Assembly: GCA_964016885.1 (NCBI GenBank)
Contig: OZ024740.1
Coordinates: 168,082,001-168,146,000 of the forward strand
Direction: 5' to 3'
From: Eledone cirrhosa
Taxonomy: Eukaryota
Length of the DNA: 64,000 nucleotides
How positions within the stretch are numbered: position 1 is the stretch's first letter; each line of letters begins with the position of its first letter. Under the pieces are notes generated by a model. That model did no database searches. It was not told the DNA's origin and saw nothing but the letters and a program-made list of their open reading frames with translations. The position numbers and the translations under genes are program-made. Below, one piece after another: positions 24,309-38,059 of this stretch.

Positions 24309-26176
24309 CTACCTTTCCGCTTCCCGGGGTTCGGGTTGCACGACTTCCATGGGGTCGGGGGTGTTGGGTGAAGGGGTGTCTTGTGGTGGTGTGGGGTCGT
24401 CGGTGTGTGGTGGGGTTGGGGTGTTTGGAGTTGTGTTGGGGAGGGGAAGGGGAGGGGGAAAGCTTTTTAGTAGGACGCGGTTTATGGGTTTGACAGAGGG
24501 TGGTCCTACGTCCTCCTTAAAATCCTTTTTTAGTTTTTGGTAGAGGTTCATTGGGATTTTTATTAGTTTTAAATGTGGGTGGTTTTCTGATGAAACAAAG
24601 TTTACACCTTCGGTTTGTACCGAAGGATTATTGTATATGAGTTCATTTAATTTATTATTGTTTCTGTTGATGTAAGTATAGTGTAATGTCTTTTTTTCCG
24701 ATGGTGTGAGTGTTTCGAAGAGGGGAGGGGCAGGTTTGGTTTTGTTTGTTGCTGGAGGGGTGTTTTCTGTTTTGTTAGATTGTGTTGCGATTTGGGTGGG
24801 GGTTGTTTGTCCTTGTGTGTTTTGCACATGTTTTCTTTTTTTCCTTTTAATCTGTCTGAAGGACTCCGTTTCTTCCTCCGAATTCGTTGGGTTATCTTCA
24901 GTGTTGGAGGGAAGAGGTATGTTTGCTGGTAATGTTTCCGTGTTGGTTTTCTTTGTGGGGGAGATGGATGTCACTGTGTTGTGTGTTGTGTCTGCGGTGG
25001 TTGTGTTGTTTTATTGAGTGAGAGGTTGGGTGGGCCTGTATTTTGTTTTGGGGTAATGTGTTGTGACTGTTTGTGTTGTGGTGGTGTTGTGGTGTTACTG
25101 AGGGACGGGTTGGGTGGGACTGAGTTTTGTTGTTTGTTTATCTGTTGTGGTGGTGGTGGTGGAGCTGGTGTTGGTAGCAGGGTTTTCTTTTTGTTGAGTT
25201 GGGGACAAGCGGCCTTCAGGTGCCCTCTGCCTGCACAGATATGGCAGGACGGCCTTCTCCCCTCCACGCTAATGTTTATATACCCGTGGTCCTCTAATAG
25301 GATTCTGTCGGGTATTTGGGCGATGCGTTCAGGCTTCATTTGTACTACCAGCTCTATACCTGTTCCACTGAACGCATTGCCTGTGGTTTTCCCAATGGAA
25401 ATCACTTTGTCATTCACTGGATCGATGAAGCCAGCTATGAGCCAGCAGTAGTCCACATCTGGCATCATTGCATCCAGCCATATGCGTTGAGTTTTTTTTC
25501 CCATATAAGATGGATAAAAGGTGAAATTTTTCGAACGAATCGGTGACAAAGCACATTTTTTTGCCGCCGATTCGTTCTTCATGGTAATTGCTAGGCTTCC
25601 ATACAGTCTGTCTTTTCTTATGAAAGTTGTTTCATTCAGTACTTCTGCGAGTACTGTTTTGATATCTGCTTGAGAAGGCTGTTCAGGTTTTTTTGTACTG
25701 TTGTTGATGGTCCGAAACTTGACCGTTCGGCTTTCAATGTCTTTCGTGAATTCTTGAGGCATTTTTACCAATAAAATACCATTCTCACCTTCACTTATGT
25801 ATTGTTTTGCGTCCGTGATCCTTCGTACCACATCTGAAATGTTTTCCGCTATATAAGTCAAAGATTTCTTTGTTTTCTGTGCAAATGAAATCTTGTCGTC
25901 TGCTTTGTTTTCTGATATTATGTTATTTTCAACTGTTATTTTTTTGTTTGTTGTGTCTTTGTTTGTGTTATTAGTATTGTCATGCAATTTTTCAAATTTT
26001 TTTTTTTCGTTGTTTTCGTCATTTAATTTTTTCTCCGCAGATTCGTCCGTTTTTATTTTCATTTTTCCTTCCTTCTCTATGACGTTAGTTGGGAAGGAAG
26101 GGAGGACTAAAGCGTGCGAGCTTACAACTCTTACCGCTGTCCCCCCACCACTATTTTCGTTCGCTGCGTTTAACAT
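24309..26176 (-). pseudogene. LINE ORF1 of copy D, frameshifted
   Basis: 401 aa and 221 aa pieces. Lacks ATGTTAGACT, which is present at 36618-36627. Confidence 0.9.
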
Positions 26177-26409
26177 TTCTGTTAGACGATTGAAATTTTT
26201 TACACAAAATTTTTTTTAAAACAGGTTTTTCACCTCTAGGAGGGGTAAAGATGAGCTGACCCACCGCCTGACAGTTCAGACGGAGGGTCAAGCTACACAA
26301 TTGTATCAAAATTAAGTTTGAACTCACAAAATTTCCTCAATAAATTTGAACAAAACTTCTGTGCGAAGTGAATGACATCCACACTGTAGAACAGACGACA
26401 GCTAGATTT

Positions 26410-26443
<34 letters not shown>

Positions 26444-26657
26444 TTCTTTATTTACCATAAAGGCATAAAAAGAAGGGACAAATACAAAGGGGGAGTTTAC
26501 ATATAATCGAGTAAAAAGGGTGTAACATGAAAATAATCGAAAATAACCTCAAAAGGGAGGGGACGTGATGGGGGTTGCACACACCCCCGAAAAAGTGTGC
26601 AATCCTTTGCCCGGGGAGCACATGGAGAAGGTGCTCCCCTCTCCTTTACTTCTTTAC

Positions 26658-29600
26658 CTACAGGATGGTATACAGAGAAGGCCCATTTACACGAGCCATT
26701 CTCGCCACTATCACCCACCTTTCATAAAACTGCCTGTGGCCAAGCACCTCTCTCTCCATTCTTATCCTTCTTCCGAAGTGATATCGGAAGAAGTAGACCA
26801 GACTATGGCCAGAGAGGAAGTTGCCTGACCTCAGACCTTTCAATCGTGTCCACCAAACAACCTCTTTCAACATGGCTATTACGCACAGAAAAACCGCCTT
26901 TGCTTCCTTTGTGAAGAGGGGAGGCGGTTTGATTGTCATCACGGACTCGGCTGTCAATTTAATCGGCGCCACCCGCGACAGCAGTTGTTCGGCGTAGCCC
27001 CACAGATCAGCCACGCCCGGACATTGCACCAATGCGTGCGCCACGGTTTCTTCGTGACGCACGCATCTAGGGCAAATCTTTTTTGAGGGATCCCTGCCCG
27101 GGCGCCCGTGTCTGTAGAGCCTCTCTCGAACGGGTAGAGCCCCTCGGTAGCACTGCCAGGCCAGTGACTTCTGGAAGTTGTCCATTGGTCCTGGGCCGAA
27201 AGTCCTACCGAACAGGCTGGCCAGTTCGTCTTCTTCCATGTCCAGCGACTCTCCAAGGGTGTCATCGCCCCTGCTAGCCACCAGCCCTCTATAGAATGAT
27301 GAGGTGGATTCTCCACCGATGGCCCGGCCCGCTTGCCAGAGAGCCCTGAGCGCCTGAGCACACTCAGTGTGCCAGTCTCCCAGTTTTCCGGATCTTTGCT
27401 TGACCCAGGACTGTAGCTCGGTGAGTGAGACGAGTCTCGGAAAGGCTCGTTTCACGAACGGAGCCCACACCGGTTGACCAGTGAGGAATACCTGTAGGTG
27501 CCGTAGCCTTAATGCGTGCCTACGCATCATCAACCACGGCATCCCCAGCCCTCCTTTCGAAGGTTGTTGGCAGCAGATGGATCTTCTCACCATAGGAGGA
27601 CGCTTCTTCCAAAGAAATTGGAAGAGCATGCGTTCCATGGTGGTGAGTGTTTCCTTAGGGCAAGGCACGACAGTCAGGCGGTAGTAAGTGACGGACGCTA
27701 TGTAAATGTTCGCCACCTCCGCCCGGCCTTTTAGGGACAGCTTACACTTGGCCCATTTCTGGGTTAGTGCAAACACCTTGTTCGTAACCTCGTTCCAGTT
27801 CTTTTCCACCTGGAGGTCCGGTCCAAACCAGACCCCAAGCAACTTTACCGGGCCCTCCGTCCAGTGTCCGACGACACCATCGGGAGGCATCGGTCTGCCT
27901 CTCCACGTTCCGAGTTGCAGCCCGATGGATTTTTCCCGGTTCAGTTTCGCTCCTGACAACCTTTCGTACTCCTCCAGTAAGGTACCGATCGCCTCGATCT
28001 CCGAGTCGGTTGATACCATTACTGTTACGTCATCGGCGTAGGCCGACACCGCTTTGCTCAATCCTGGTTCCAGGGGGATACCCTGCAACAACTCCAACTT
28101 CCTCAGTAAAGGCTCGAGAGTCAATACGTACAGAAGGGAGGAGAGAGGGCACCCCTGTCGAATGGATCGTGTGATTTCGAACGGCTTCGAAAGGTAGCCG
28201 TTCACCTTGATCCTAGAACAGATGTGGTTGCTATGTAGGGCAGTGATCCAGCCTCTGAAAACAGGACCGAACCCAGCCGCCGCTAGCACCGCATCCAGGT
28301 AACCATGGTCGACCCTATCGAAGGCCTTAGACTGATCCAAGTTGATCAGGGCCCCACCGAAGCGGGTTTGTTGCCAACCCTCTCTATGATGTATCGCATG
28401 AGGTGGAGGTTATCGTGAATGGACCTGGATGGGATAGCACATGTCTGCGCATCTCCCACCAGGCCACCCACGACAAGCGCCAACCTCTTTGCTAACACCT
28501 TGGCCAAAATCTTTAACTCTGTGTTTAGCAGGGTTATGGGCCGAAAATTATTTATACTATCCCCCTTGTTCTCGTCCTTCCTTACCAGCGTGACTACGCC
28601 CTTGGCTACAGAACAAGGAATTCTCCCGTTCTGCTGCCAATTGCAGTAGACCGCTTCGAGGAGTTCGGAGAAGAAGACCGGCATTGCTAAATAAAGTTCG
28701 TAAGGTATACCATCGAGACCTGGAGATTTGCGTCTGCTGCATTGGCTCAGCGCATCTCCGATCTCATCAGCCGAGATTGGTCCCTCGCAGGACTCCGCCT
28801 CTTTGTTCGAGAGACGCGGCAGGCCGTCGAGGTATGGACCGAAATCCACGCCCCGGCCCGGACCCTCGCCTCCCCCGAACAATCGGGCAAAGTGCTTTTG
28901 AAAGGCCTCGCACATCTGCTTAGGCTCCCGGATCACTCGTCCATCTTCGTCTTGCAACGACCGGATGGTGGATCGATTTCCACTTTTAGCTTCTGTCACG
29001 CGGGCCCATCCAACGGCTTTGGCCCCCTCATTACCTAGAGCACGTATTTTACTTCGAATGACGCAGCCTTCATGCTTTGCATCGAAAAACTGGTTCAAGG
29101 CCGTCCTCGATGCCAGCACTCTGGCCACATCTTCGCTCTTGATTGCCTCTTCTAATTTACCTGTTAATTCTTTCTCGTTTCTATTCCTATTGGCAGCTAA
29201 CATCTTGCTATAACTTATTGATTCTGTTCTAATCTCTCTTTTGAGAGATGCCCACCATCGGTTGTTGACGATTGCACCCGTCAACCTCTCCTTAACTAAT
29301 CTGCTAATCCGGTTTCTGTAAGTCTCTTTTGCCGGTAAAGACAAATTAAGTTTCCAGTAACCGGGACCCTGTCTATGTGTTTTCTCGAGATTGACCACGC
29401 AGGTCACTAATTTGTGATCCGTGTAGCCAACCGTGCGCATTTCTGGACAGCTTAATATGTCCCTATCCTTACTTCTAACTAAGAATCTATCTAAGTACGA
29501 TCTAGATTGACCACTGTGGTTTCTCCAAGTCCAGGTAGGCACAGTTGGAAAATCTAGTCGATATCTATCGACCAAGTTAAAACGGTCGAGTAACCCCTTG

Positions 29601-30094
29601 AGGCTGTTACACCCCCCTCTATTAGGACATGCTCCTGCATAGTCCCAACGTGCATCTAGGATGTCATTCCAATCCCCCGCTAGAAGCAGGGAACGCGACG
29701 TTCCCAGAAAAGTCTCCAAACGCTGGAAGAAGTCGGGCCGTTCAGCTCCGAAAGGGGAGTAGACGGCGACCAGTCTCAAGGCCGCACTTTCACTACTGCC
29801 AACGTCTAGCACCAACAAACGACCCTCCGGGTCCGAGTGCACAACCTGTACGGCAAGACCCAGGTGTTTTTGCAGCAGCACGACAACCCCACCCCCACCT
29901 CCAGGTTGACAGAGAGATGCATGCACCTCAAAGTCATCGAAGGTGGGGGCCAGCTGCCGCATGACGCTGATTCGAGTCTCACAGATAACCATTACATTTA
30001 TACTACATGACCTGAGGTCATTTAGAAGCTTTGCTTGCTTCCAAGTTGAGCCCAGGCCACGTGCATTCAAACATCCTACTCTTAACACATCCAT
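26658..30094 (-). pseudogene. LINE ORF2 of copy E, frameshifted
   Basis: 582 aa and 560 aa pieces. Confidence 0.9.
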
Positions 30095-30127
30095 GTGGGC
30101 GGCAGAGCCAAAGGAGAGTGTAGAGAC

Positions 30128-31995
30128 CTACCTTTCCGCTTCCCGGGGTTCGGGTTGCACGACTTCCATGGGGTCGGGGGTGTTGGGTGAAGGGGTGTCT
30201 TGTGGTGGTGTGGGGTCGTCGGTGTGTGGTGGGGTTGGGGTGTTTGGAGTTGTGTTGGGGAGGGGAAGGGGAGGGGGAAAGCTTTTTAGTAGGACGCGGT
30301 TTATGGGTTTGACAGAGGGTGGTCCTACGTCCTCCTTAAAATCCTTTTTTAGTTTTTGGTAGAGGTTCATTGGGATTTTTATTAGTTTTAAATGTGGGTG
30401 GTTTTCTGATGAAACAAAGTTTACACCTTCGGTTTGTACCGAAGGATTATTGTATATGAGTTCATTTAATTTATTATTGTTTCTGTTGATGTAAGTATAG
30501 TGTAATGTCTTTTTTTCCGATGGTGTGAGTGTTTCGAAGAGGGGAGGGGCAGGTTTGGTTTTGTTTGTTGCTGGAGGGGTGTTTTCTGTTTTGTTAGATT
30601 GTGTTGCGATTTGGGTGGGGGTTGTTTGTCCTTGTGTGTTTTGCACATGTTTTCTTTTTTTTCTTTTAATCTGTCTGAAGGACTCCGTTTCTTCCTCCGA
30701 ATTCGTTGGGTTATCTTCAGTGTTGGAGGGAAGAGGTATGTTTGCTGGTAATGTTTCCGTGTTGGTTTTCTTTGTGGGGGAGATGGATGTCACTGTGTTG
30801 TGTGTTGTGTCTGCGGTGGTTGTGTTGTTTTATTGAGTGAGAGGTTGGGTGGGCCTGTATTTTGTTTTGGGGTAATGTGTTGTGACTGTTTGTGTTGTGG
30901 TGGTGTTGTGGTGTTACTGAGGGACGGGTTGGGTGGGACTGAGTTTTGTTGTTTGTTTATCTGTTGTGGTGGTGGTGGTGGAGCTGGTGTTGGTAGCAGG
31001 GTTTTCTTTTTGTTGAGTTGGGGACAAGCGGCCTTCAGGTGCCCTCTGCCTGCACAGATATGGCAGGACGGCCTTCTCCCCTCCACGCTAATGTTTATAT
31101 ACCCGTGGTCCTCTAATAGGATTCTGTCGGGTATTTGGGCGATGCGTTCAGGCTTCATTTGTACTACCAGCTCTATACCTGTTCCACTGAATGCATTGCC
31201 TGTGGTTTTCCCAATGGAAATCACTTTGTCATTCACTGGATCGATGAAGCCAGCTATGAGCCAGCAGTAGTCCACATCTGGCATCATTGCATCCAGCCAT
31301 ATGCGTTGAGTTTTTTTTCCCATATAAGATGGATAAAAGGTGAAATTTTTCGAACGAATCGGTGACAAAGCACATTTTTTTGCCGCCGATTCGTTCTTCA
31401 TGGTAATTGCTAGGCTTCCATACAGTCTGTCTTTTCTTATGAAAGTTGTTTCATTCAGTACTTCTGCGAGTACTGTTTTGATATCTGCTTGAGAAGGCTG
31501 TTCAGGTTTTTTTGTACTGTTGTTGATGGTCCGAAACTTGACCGTTCGGCTTTCAATGTCTTTCGTGAATTCTTGAGGCATTTTTACCAATAAAATACCA
31601 TTCTCACCTTCACTTATGTATTGTTTTGCGTCCGTGATCCTTCGTACCACATCTGAAATGTTTTCCGCTATATAAGTCAAAGATTTCTTTGTTTTCTGTG
31701 CAAATGAAATCTTGTCGTCTGCTTTGTTTTCTGATATTATGTTATTTTCAACTGTTATTTTTTTGTTTGTTGTGTCTTTGTTTGTGTTATTAGTATTGTC
31801 ATGCAATTTTTCAAATTTTTTTTTTTCGTTGTTTTCGTCATTTAATTTTTTCTCCGCAGATTCGTCCGTTTTTATTTTCATTTTTCCTTCCTTCTCTATG
31901 ACGTTAGTTGGGAAGGAAGGGAGGACTAAAGCGTGCGAGCTTACAACTCTTACCGCTGTCCCCCCACCACTATTTTCGTTCGCTGCGTTTAACAT
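30128..31995 (-). pseudogene. LINE ORF1 of copy E, frameshifted
   Basis: 401 aa and 221 aa pieces. Confidence 0.9.
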
Positions 31996-32228
31996 TTCTG
32001 TTAGACGATTGAAATTTTTTACACAAAATTTTTTTTAAAACAGGTTTTTCACCTCTAGGAGGGGTAAAGATGAGCTGACCCACCGCCTGACAGTTCAGAC
32101 GGAGGGTCAAGCTACACAATTGTATCAAAATTAAGTTTGAACTCACAAAATTTCCTCAATAAATTTGAACAAAACTTCTGTGCGAAGTGAATGACATCCA
32201 CACTGTAGAACAGACGACAGCTAGATTA

Positions 32229-32266
<38 letters not shown>

Positions 32267-32480
32267 TTCTTTATTTACCATAAAGGCATAAAAAGAAGGG
32301 ACAAATACAAAGGGGGAGTTTACATATAATCGAGTAAAAAGGGTGTAACATGAAAATAATCGAAAATAACCTCAAAAGGGAGGGGACGTGATGGGGGTTG
32401 CACACACCCCCGAAAAAGTGTGCAATCCTTTGCCCGGGGAGCACATGGAGAAGGTGCTCCCCTCTCCTTTACTTCTTTAC

Positions 32481-35400
32481 CTACAGGATGGTATACAGAG
32501 AAGGCCCATTTACACGAGCCATTCTCGCCACTATCACCCACCTTTCATAAAACTGCCTGTGGCCAAGCACCTCTCTCTCCATTCTTATCCTTCTTCCGAA
32601 GTGATATCGGAAGAAGTAGACCAGACTATGGCCAGAGAGGAAGTTGCCTGACCTCAGACCTTTCAATCGTGTCCACCAAACAACCTCTTTCAACATGGCT
32701 ATTACGCACAGAAAAACCGCCTTTGCTTCCTTTGTGAAGAGGGGAGGCGGTTTGATTGTCATCACGGACTCGGCTGTCAATTTAATCGGCGCCACCCGCG
32801 ACAGCAGTTGTTCGGCGTAGCCCCACAGATCAGCCACGCCCGGACATTGCACCAATGCGTGCGCCACGGTTTCTTCGTGACGCACGCATCTAGGGCAAAT
32901 CTTTTTTGAGGGATCCCTGCCCGGGCGCCCGTGTCTGTAGAGCCTCTCTCGAACGGGTAGAGCCCCTCGGTAGCACTGCCAGGCCAGTGACTTCTGGAAG
33001 TTGTCCATTGGTCCTGGGCCGAAAGTCCTACCGAACAGGCTGGCCAGTTCGTCTTCTTCCATGTCCAGCGACTCTCCAAGGGTGTCATCGCCCCTGCTAG
33101 CCACCAGCCCTCTATAGAATGATGAGGTGGATTCTCCACCGATGGCCCGGCCCGCTTGCCAGAGAGCCCTGAGCGCCTGAGCACACTCAGTGTGCCAGTC
33201 TCCCAGTTTTCCGGATCTTTGCTTGACCCAGGACTGTAGCTCGGTGAGTGAGACGAGTCTCGGAAAGGCTCGTTTCACGAACGGAGCCCACACCGGTTGA
33301 CCAGTGAGGAATACCTGTAGGTGCCGTAGCCTTAATGCGTGCCTACGCATCATCAACCACGGCATCCCCAGCCCTCCTTTCGAAGGTTGTTGGCAGCAGA
33401 TGGATCTTCTCACCATAGGAGGACGCTTCTTCCAAAGAAATTGGAAGAGCATGCGTTCCATGGTGGTGAGTGTTTCCTTAGGGCAAGGCACGACAGTCAG
33501 GCGGTAGTAAGTGACGGACGCTATGTAAATGTTCGCCACCTCCGCCCGGCCTTTTAGGGACAGCTTACACTTGGCCCATTTCTGGGTTAGTGCAAACACC
33601 TTGTTCGTAACCTCGTTCCAGTTCTTTTCCACCTGGAGGTCCGGTCCAAACCAGACCCCAAGCAACTTTACCGGGCCCTCCGTCCAGTGTCCGACGACAC
33701 CATCGGGAGGCATCGGTCTGCCTCTCCACGTTCCGAGTTGCAGCCCGATGGATTTTTCCCGGTTCAGTTTCGCTCCTGACAACCTTTCGTACTCCTCCAG
33801 TAAGGTACCGATCGCCTCGATCTCCGAGTCGGTTGATACCATTACTGTTACGTCATCGGCGTAGGCCGACACCGCTTTGCTCAATCCTGGTTCCAGGGGG
33901 ATACCCTGCAACAACTCCAACTTCCTCAGTAAAGGCTCGAGAGTCAATACGTACAGAAGGGAGGAGAGAGGGCACCCCTGTCGAATGGATCGTGTGATTT
34001 CGAACGGCTTCGAAAGGTAGCCGTTCACCTTGATCCTAGAACAGATGTGGTTGCTATGTAGGGCAGTGATCCAGCCTCTGAAAACAGGACCGAACCCAGC
34101 CGCCGCTAGCACCGCATCCAGGTAACCATGGTCGACCCTATCGAAGGCCTTAGACTGATCCAAGTTGATCAGGGCCCCACCGAAGCGGGTTTGTTGCCAA
34201 CCCTCTCTATGATGTATCGCATGAGGTGGAGGTTATCGTGAATGGACCTGGATGGGATAGCACATGTCTGCGCATCTCCCACCAGGCCACCCACGACAAG
34301 CGCCAACCTCTTTGCTAACACCTTGGCCAAAATCTTTAACTCTGTGTTTAGCAGGGTTATGGGCCGAAAATTATTTATACTATCCCCCTTGTTCTCGTCC
34401 TTCCTTACCAGCGTGACTACGCCCTTGGCTACAGAACAAGGAATTCTCCCGTTCTGCTGCCAATTGCAGTAGACCGCTTCGAGGAGTTCGGAGAAGAAGA
34501 CCGGCATTGCTAAATAAAGTTCGTAAGGTATACCATCGAGACCTGGAGATTTGCGTCTGCTGCATTGGCTCAGCGCATCTCCGATCTCATCAGCCGAGAT
34601 TGGTCCCTCGCAGGACTCCGCCTCTTTGTTCGAGAGACGCGGCAGGCCGTCGAGGTATGGACCGAAATCCACGCCCCGGCCCGGACCCTCGCCTCCCCCG
34701 AACAATCGGGCAAAGTGCTTTTGAAAGGCCTCGCACATCTGCTTAGGCTCCCGGATCACTCGTCCATCTTCGTCTTGCAACGACCGGATGGTGGATCGAT
34801 TTCCACTTTTAGCTTCTGTCACGCGGGCCCATCCAACGGCTTTGGCCCCCTCATTACCTAGAGCACGTATTTTACTTCGAATGACGCAGCCTTCATGCTT
34901 TGCATCGAAAAACTGGTTCAAGGCCGTCCTCGATGCCAGCACTCTGGCCACATCTTCGCTCTTGATTGCCTCTTCTAATTTACCTGTTAATTCTTTCTCG
35001 TTTCTATTCCTATTGGCAGCTAACATCTTGCTATAACTTATTGATTCTGTTCTAATCTCTCTTTTGAGAGATGCCCACCATCGGTTGTTGACGATTGCAC
35101 CCGTCAACCTCTCCTTAACTAATCTGCTAATCCGGTTTCTGTAAGTCTCTTTTGCCGGTAAAGACAAATTAAGTTTCCAGTAACCGGGACCCTGTCTATG
35201 TGTTTTCTCGAGATTGACCACGCAGGTCACTAATTTGTGATCCGTGTAGCCAACCGTGCGCATTTCTGGACAGCTTAATATGTCCCTATCCTTACTTCTA
35301 ACTAAGAATCTATCTAAGTACGATCTAGATTGACCACTGTGGTTTCTCCAAGTCCAGGTAGGCACAGTTGGAAAATCTAGTCGATATCTATCGACCAAGT

Positions 35401-35917
35401 TAAAACGGTCGAGTAACCCCTTGAGGCTGTTACACCCCCCTCTATTAGGACATGCTCCTGCATAGTCCCAACGTGCATCTAGGATGTCATTCCAATCCCC
35501 CGCTAGAAGCAGGGAACGCGACGTTCCCAGAAAAGTCTCCAAACGCTGGAAGAAGTCGGGCCGTTCAGCTCCGAAAGGGGAGTAGACGGCGACCAGTCTC
35601 AAGGCCGCACTTTCACTACTGCCAACGTCTAGCACCAACAAACGACCCTCCGGGTCCGAGTGCACAACCTGTACGGCAAGACCCAGGTGTTTTTGCAGCA
35701 GCACGACAACCCCACCCCCACCTCCAGGTTGACAGAGAGATGCATGCACCTCAAAGTCATCGAAGGTGGGGGCCAGCTGCCGCATGACGCTGATTCGAGT
35801 CTCACAGATAACCATTACATTTATACTACATGACCTGAGGTCATTTAGAAGCTTTGCTTGCTTCCAAGTTGAGCCCAGGCCACGTGCATTCAAACATCCT
35901 ACTCTTAACACATCCAT
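32481..35917 (-). pseudogene. LINE ORF2 of copy F, frameshifted
   Basis: 582 aa and 560 aa pieces. Confidence 0.9.
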
Positions 35918-35950
35918 GTGGGCGGCAGAGCCAAAGGAGAGTGTAGAGAC

Positions 35951-37828
35951 CTACCTTTCCGCTTCCCGGGGTTCGGGTTGCACGACTTCCATGGGGTCGG
36001 GGGTGTTGGGTGAAGGGGTGTCTTGTGGTGGTGTGGGGTCGTCGGTGTGTGGTGGGGTTGGGGTGTTTGGAGTTGTGTTGGGGAGGGGAAGGGGAGGGGG
36101 AAAGCTTTTTAGTAGGACGCGGTTTATGGGTTTGACAGAGGGTGGTCCTACGTCCTCCTTAAAATCCTTTTTTAGTTTTTGGTAGAGGTTCATTGGGATT
36201 TTTATTAGTTTTAAATGTGGGTGGTTTTCTGATGAAACAAAGTTTACACCTTCGGTTTGTACCGAAGGATTATTGTATATGAGTTCATTTAATTTATTAT
36301 TGTTTCTGTTGATGTAAGTATAGTGTAATGTCTTTTTTTCCGATGGTGTGAGTGTTTCGAAGAGGGGAGGGGCAGGTTTGGTTTTGTTTGTTGCTGGAGG
36401 GGTGTTTTCTGTTTTGTTAGATTGTGTTGCGATTTGGGTGGGGGTTGTTTGTCCTTGTGTGTTTTGCACATGTTTTCTTTTTTTTCTTTTAATCTGTCTG
36501 AAGGACTCCGTTTCTTCCTCCGAATTCGTTGGGTTATCTTCAGTGTTGGAGGGAAGAGGTATGTTTGCTGGTAATGTTTCCGTGTTGGTTTTCTTTGTGG
36601 GGGAGATGGATGTCACTATGTTAGACTGTGTTGTGTGTTGTGTCTGCGGTGGTTGTGTTGTTTTATTGAGTGAGAGGTTGGGTGGGCCTGTATTTTGTTT
36701 TGGGGTAATGTGTTGTGACTGTTTGTGTTGTGGTGGTGTTGTGGTGTTACTGAGGGACGGGTTGGGTGGGACTGAGTTTTGTTGTTTGTTTATCTGTTGT
36801 GGTGGTGGTGGTGGAGCTGGTGTTGGTAGCAGGGTTTTCTTTTTGTTGAGTTGGGGACAAGCGGCCTTCAGGTGCCCTCTGCCTGCACAGATATGGCAGG
36901 ACGGCCTTCTCCCCTCCACGCTAATGTTTATATACCCGTGGTCCTCTAATAGGATTCTGTCGGGTATTTGGGCGATGCGTTCAGGCTTCATTTGTACTAC
37001 CAGCTCTATACCTGTTCCACTGAACGCATTGCCTGTGGTTTTCCCAATGGAAATCACGTTGTCATTCACTGGATCGATGAAGCCAGCTATGAGCCAGCAG
37101 TAGTCCACATCTGGCATCATTGCATCCAGCCATATGCGTTGAGTTTTTTTCCCCATATAAGATGGATAAAAGGTGAAATTTTTCGAACGAATCGGTGACA
37201 AAGCACATTTTTTTGCCGCCGATTCGTTCTTCATGATAATTGCTAGGCTTCCATACAGTCTGTCTTTTCTTATGAAAGTTGTTTCATTCAGTACTTCTGC
37301 GAGTACTGTTTTGATATCTGCTTGAGAAGGCTGTTCAGGTTTTTTTGTACTGTTGTTGATGGTCCGAAACTTGACCGTTCGGCTTTCAATGTCTTTCGTG
37401 AATTCTTGAGGCATTTTTACCAATAAAATACCATTCTCACCTTCACTTATGTATTGTTTTGCGTCCGTGATCCTTCGTACCACATCTGAAATGTTTTCCG
37501 CTATATAAGTCAAAGATTTCTTTGTTTTCTGTGCAAATGAAATCTTGTCGTCTGCTTTGTTTTCTGATATTATGTTATTTTCAACTGTTATTTTTTTGTT
37601 TGTTGTGTCTTTGTTTGTGTTATTAGTATTGTCATGCAATTTTTCAAATTTTTTTTCTTCGTTGTTTTCGTCATTTAATTTTTTCTCCGCAGATTCGTCC
37701 GTTTTTATTTTCATTTTTCCTTCCTTCTCTATGACGTTAGTTGGGAAGGAAGGGAGGACTAAAGCGTGCGAGCTTACAACTCTTACCGCTGTCCCCCCAC
37801 CACTATTTTCGTTCGCTGCGTTTAACAT
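35951..37828 (-). CDS. LINE ORF1, gag-like nucleic-acid-binding protein (625 aa) with CCHC zinc knuckle
   Basis: CHICAGRGHLKAAC (C-x2-C-x4-H-x4-C), Pro/Thr/Gln-rich tail, located upstream of ORF2. Confidence 0.9.
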   Translation of the reverse strand: MLNAANENSGGGTAVRVVSSHALVLPSFPTNVIEKEGKMKIKTDESAEKKLNDENNEEKKFEKLHDNTNNTNKDTTNKKITVENNIISENKADDKISFAQKTKKSLTYIAENISDVVRRITDAKQYISEGENGILLVKMPQEFTKDIESRTVKFRTINNSTKKPEQPSQADIKTVLAEVLNETTFIRKDRLYGSLAIIMKNESAAKKCALSPIRSKNFTFYPSYMGKKTQRIWLDAMMPDVDYCWLIAGFIDPVNDNVISIGKTTGNAFSGTGIELVVQMKPERIAQIPDRILLEDHGYINISVEGRRPSCHICAGRGHLKAACPQLNKKKTLLPTPAPPPPPQQINKQQNSVPPNPSLSNTTTPPQHKQSQHITPKQNTGPPNLSLNKTTQPPQTQHTTQSNIVTSISPTKKTNTETLPANIPLPSNTEDNPTNSEEETESFRQIKRKKRKHVQNTQGQTTPTQIATQSNKTENTPPATNKTKPAPPLFETLTPSEKKTLHYTYINRNNNKLNELIYNNPSVQTEGVNFVSSENHPHLKLIKIPMNLYQKLKKDFKEDVGPPSVKPINRVLLKSFPPPLPLPNTTPNTPTPPHTDDPTPPQDTPSPNTPDPMEVVQPEPREAER

Positions 37829-38059
37829 TTCTGTTAGACGATTGAAATTTTTTACACAAAATTTTTTAAAACAGGTTTTTCACCTCTAGGAGGGGTAAAG
37901 ATGAGCTGACCCACCGCCTGACAGTTCAGACGGAGGGTCAAGCTACACAATTGTATCAAAATTAAGTTTGAACTCACAAAATTTCCTCAATAAATTTGAA
38001 CAAAACTTCTGTGCGAAGTGAATGACATCCACACTGTAGAACAGACGACAGCTAGATTA

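Larger units (their letters stand above)
20623..26410 (-). mobile_element. Tx1-like LINE copy D, full length (ORF2 intact, ORF1 broken)
   Basis: 5' UTR, ORF1 split by a 10-bp deletion at 24975, intact ORF2, 3' UTR. Flanked by (GATA)n. Confidence 0.95.
26443..32229 (-). mobile_element. Tx1-like LINE copy E, full length (both ORFs broken; mosaic of D and F)
   Basis: ORF2 1-bp deletion at about 28363 (gaagcggg vs gaagccggg), shared with F. ORF1 10-bp deletion at 30794, shared with D. Confidence 0.95.

Noticed and set aside
21263-37889. Numerous plus-strand ORFs inside the LINE copies (for example 36348-37103)
   Set aside because: Antisense shadows of ORF1/ORF2, repeated only because the copies are near-identical
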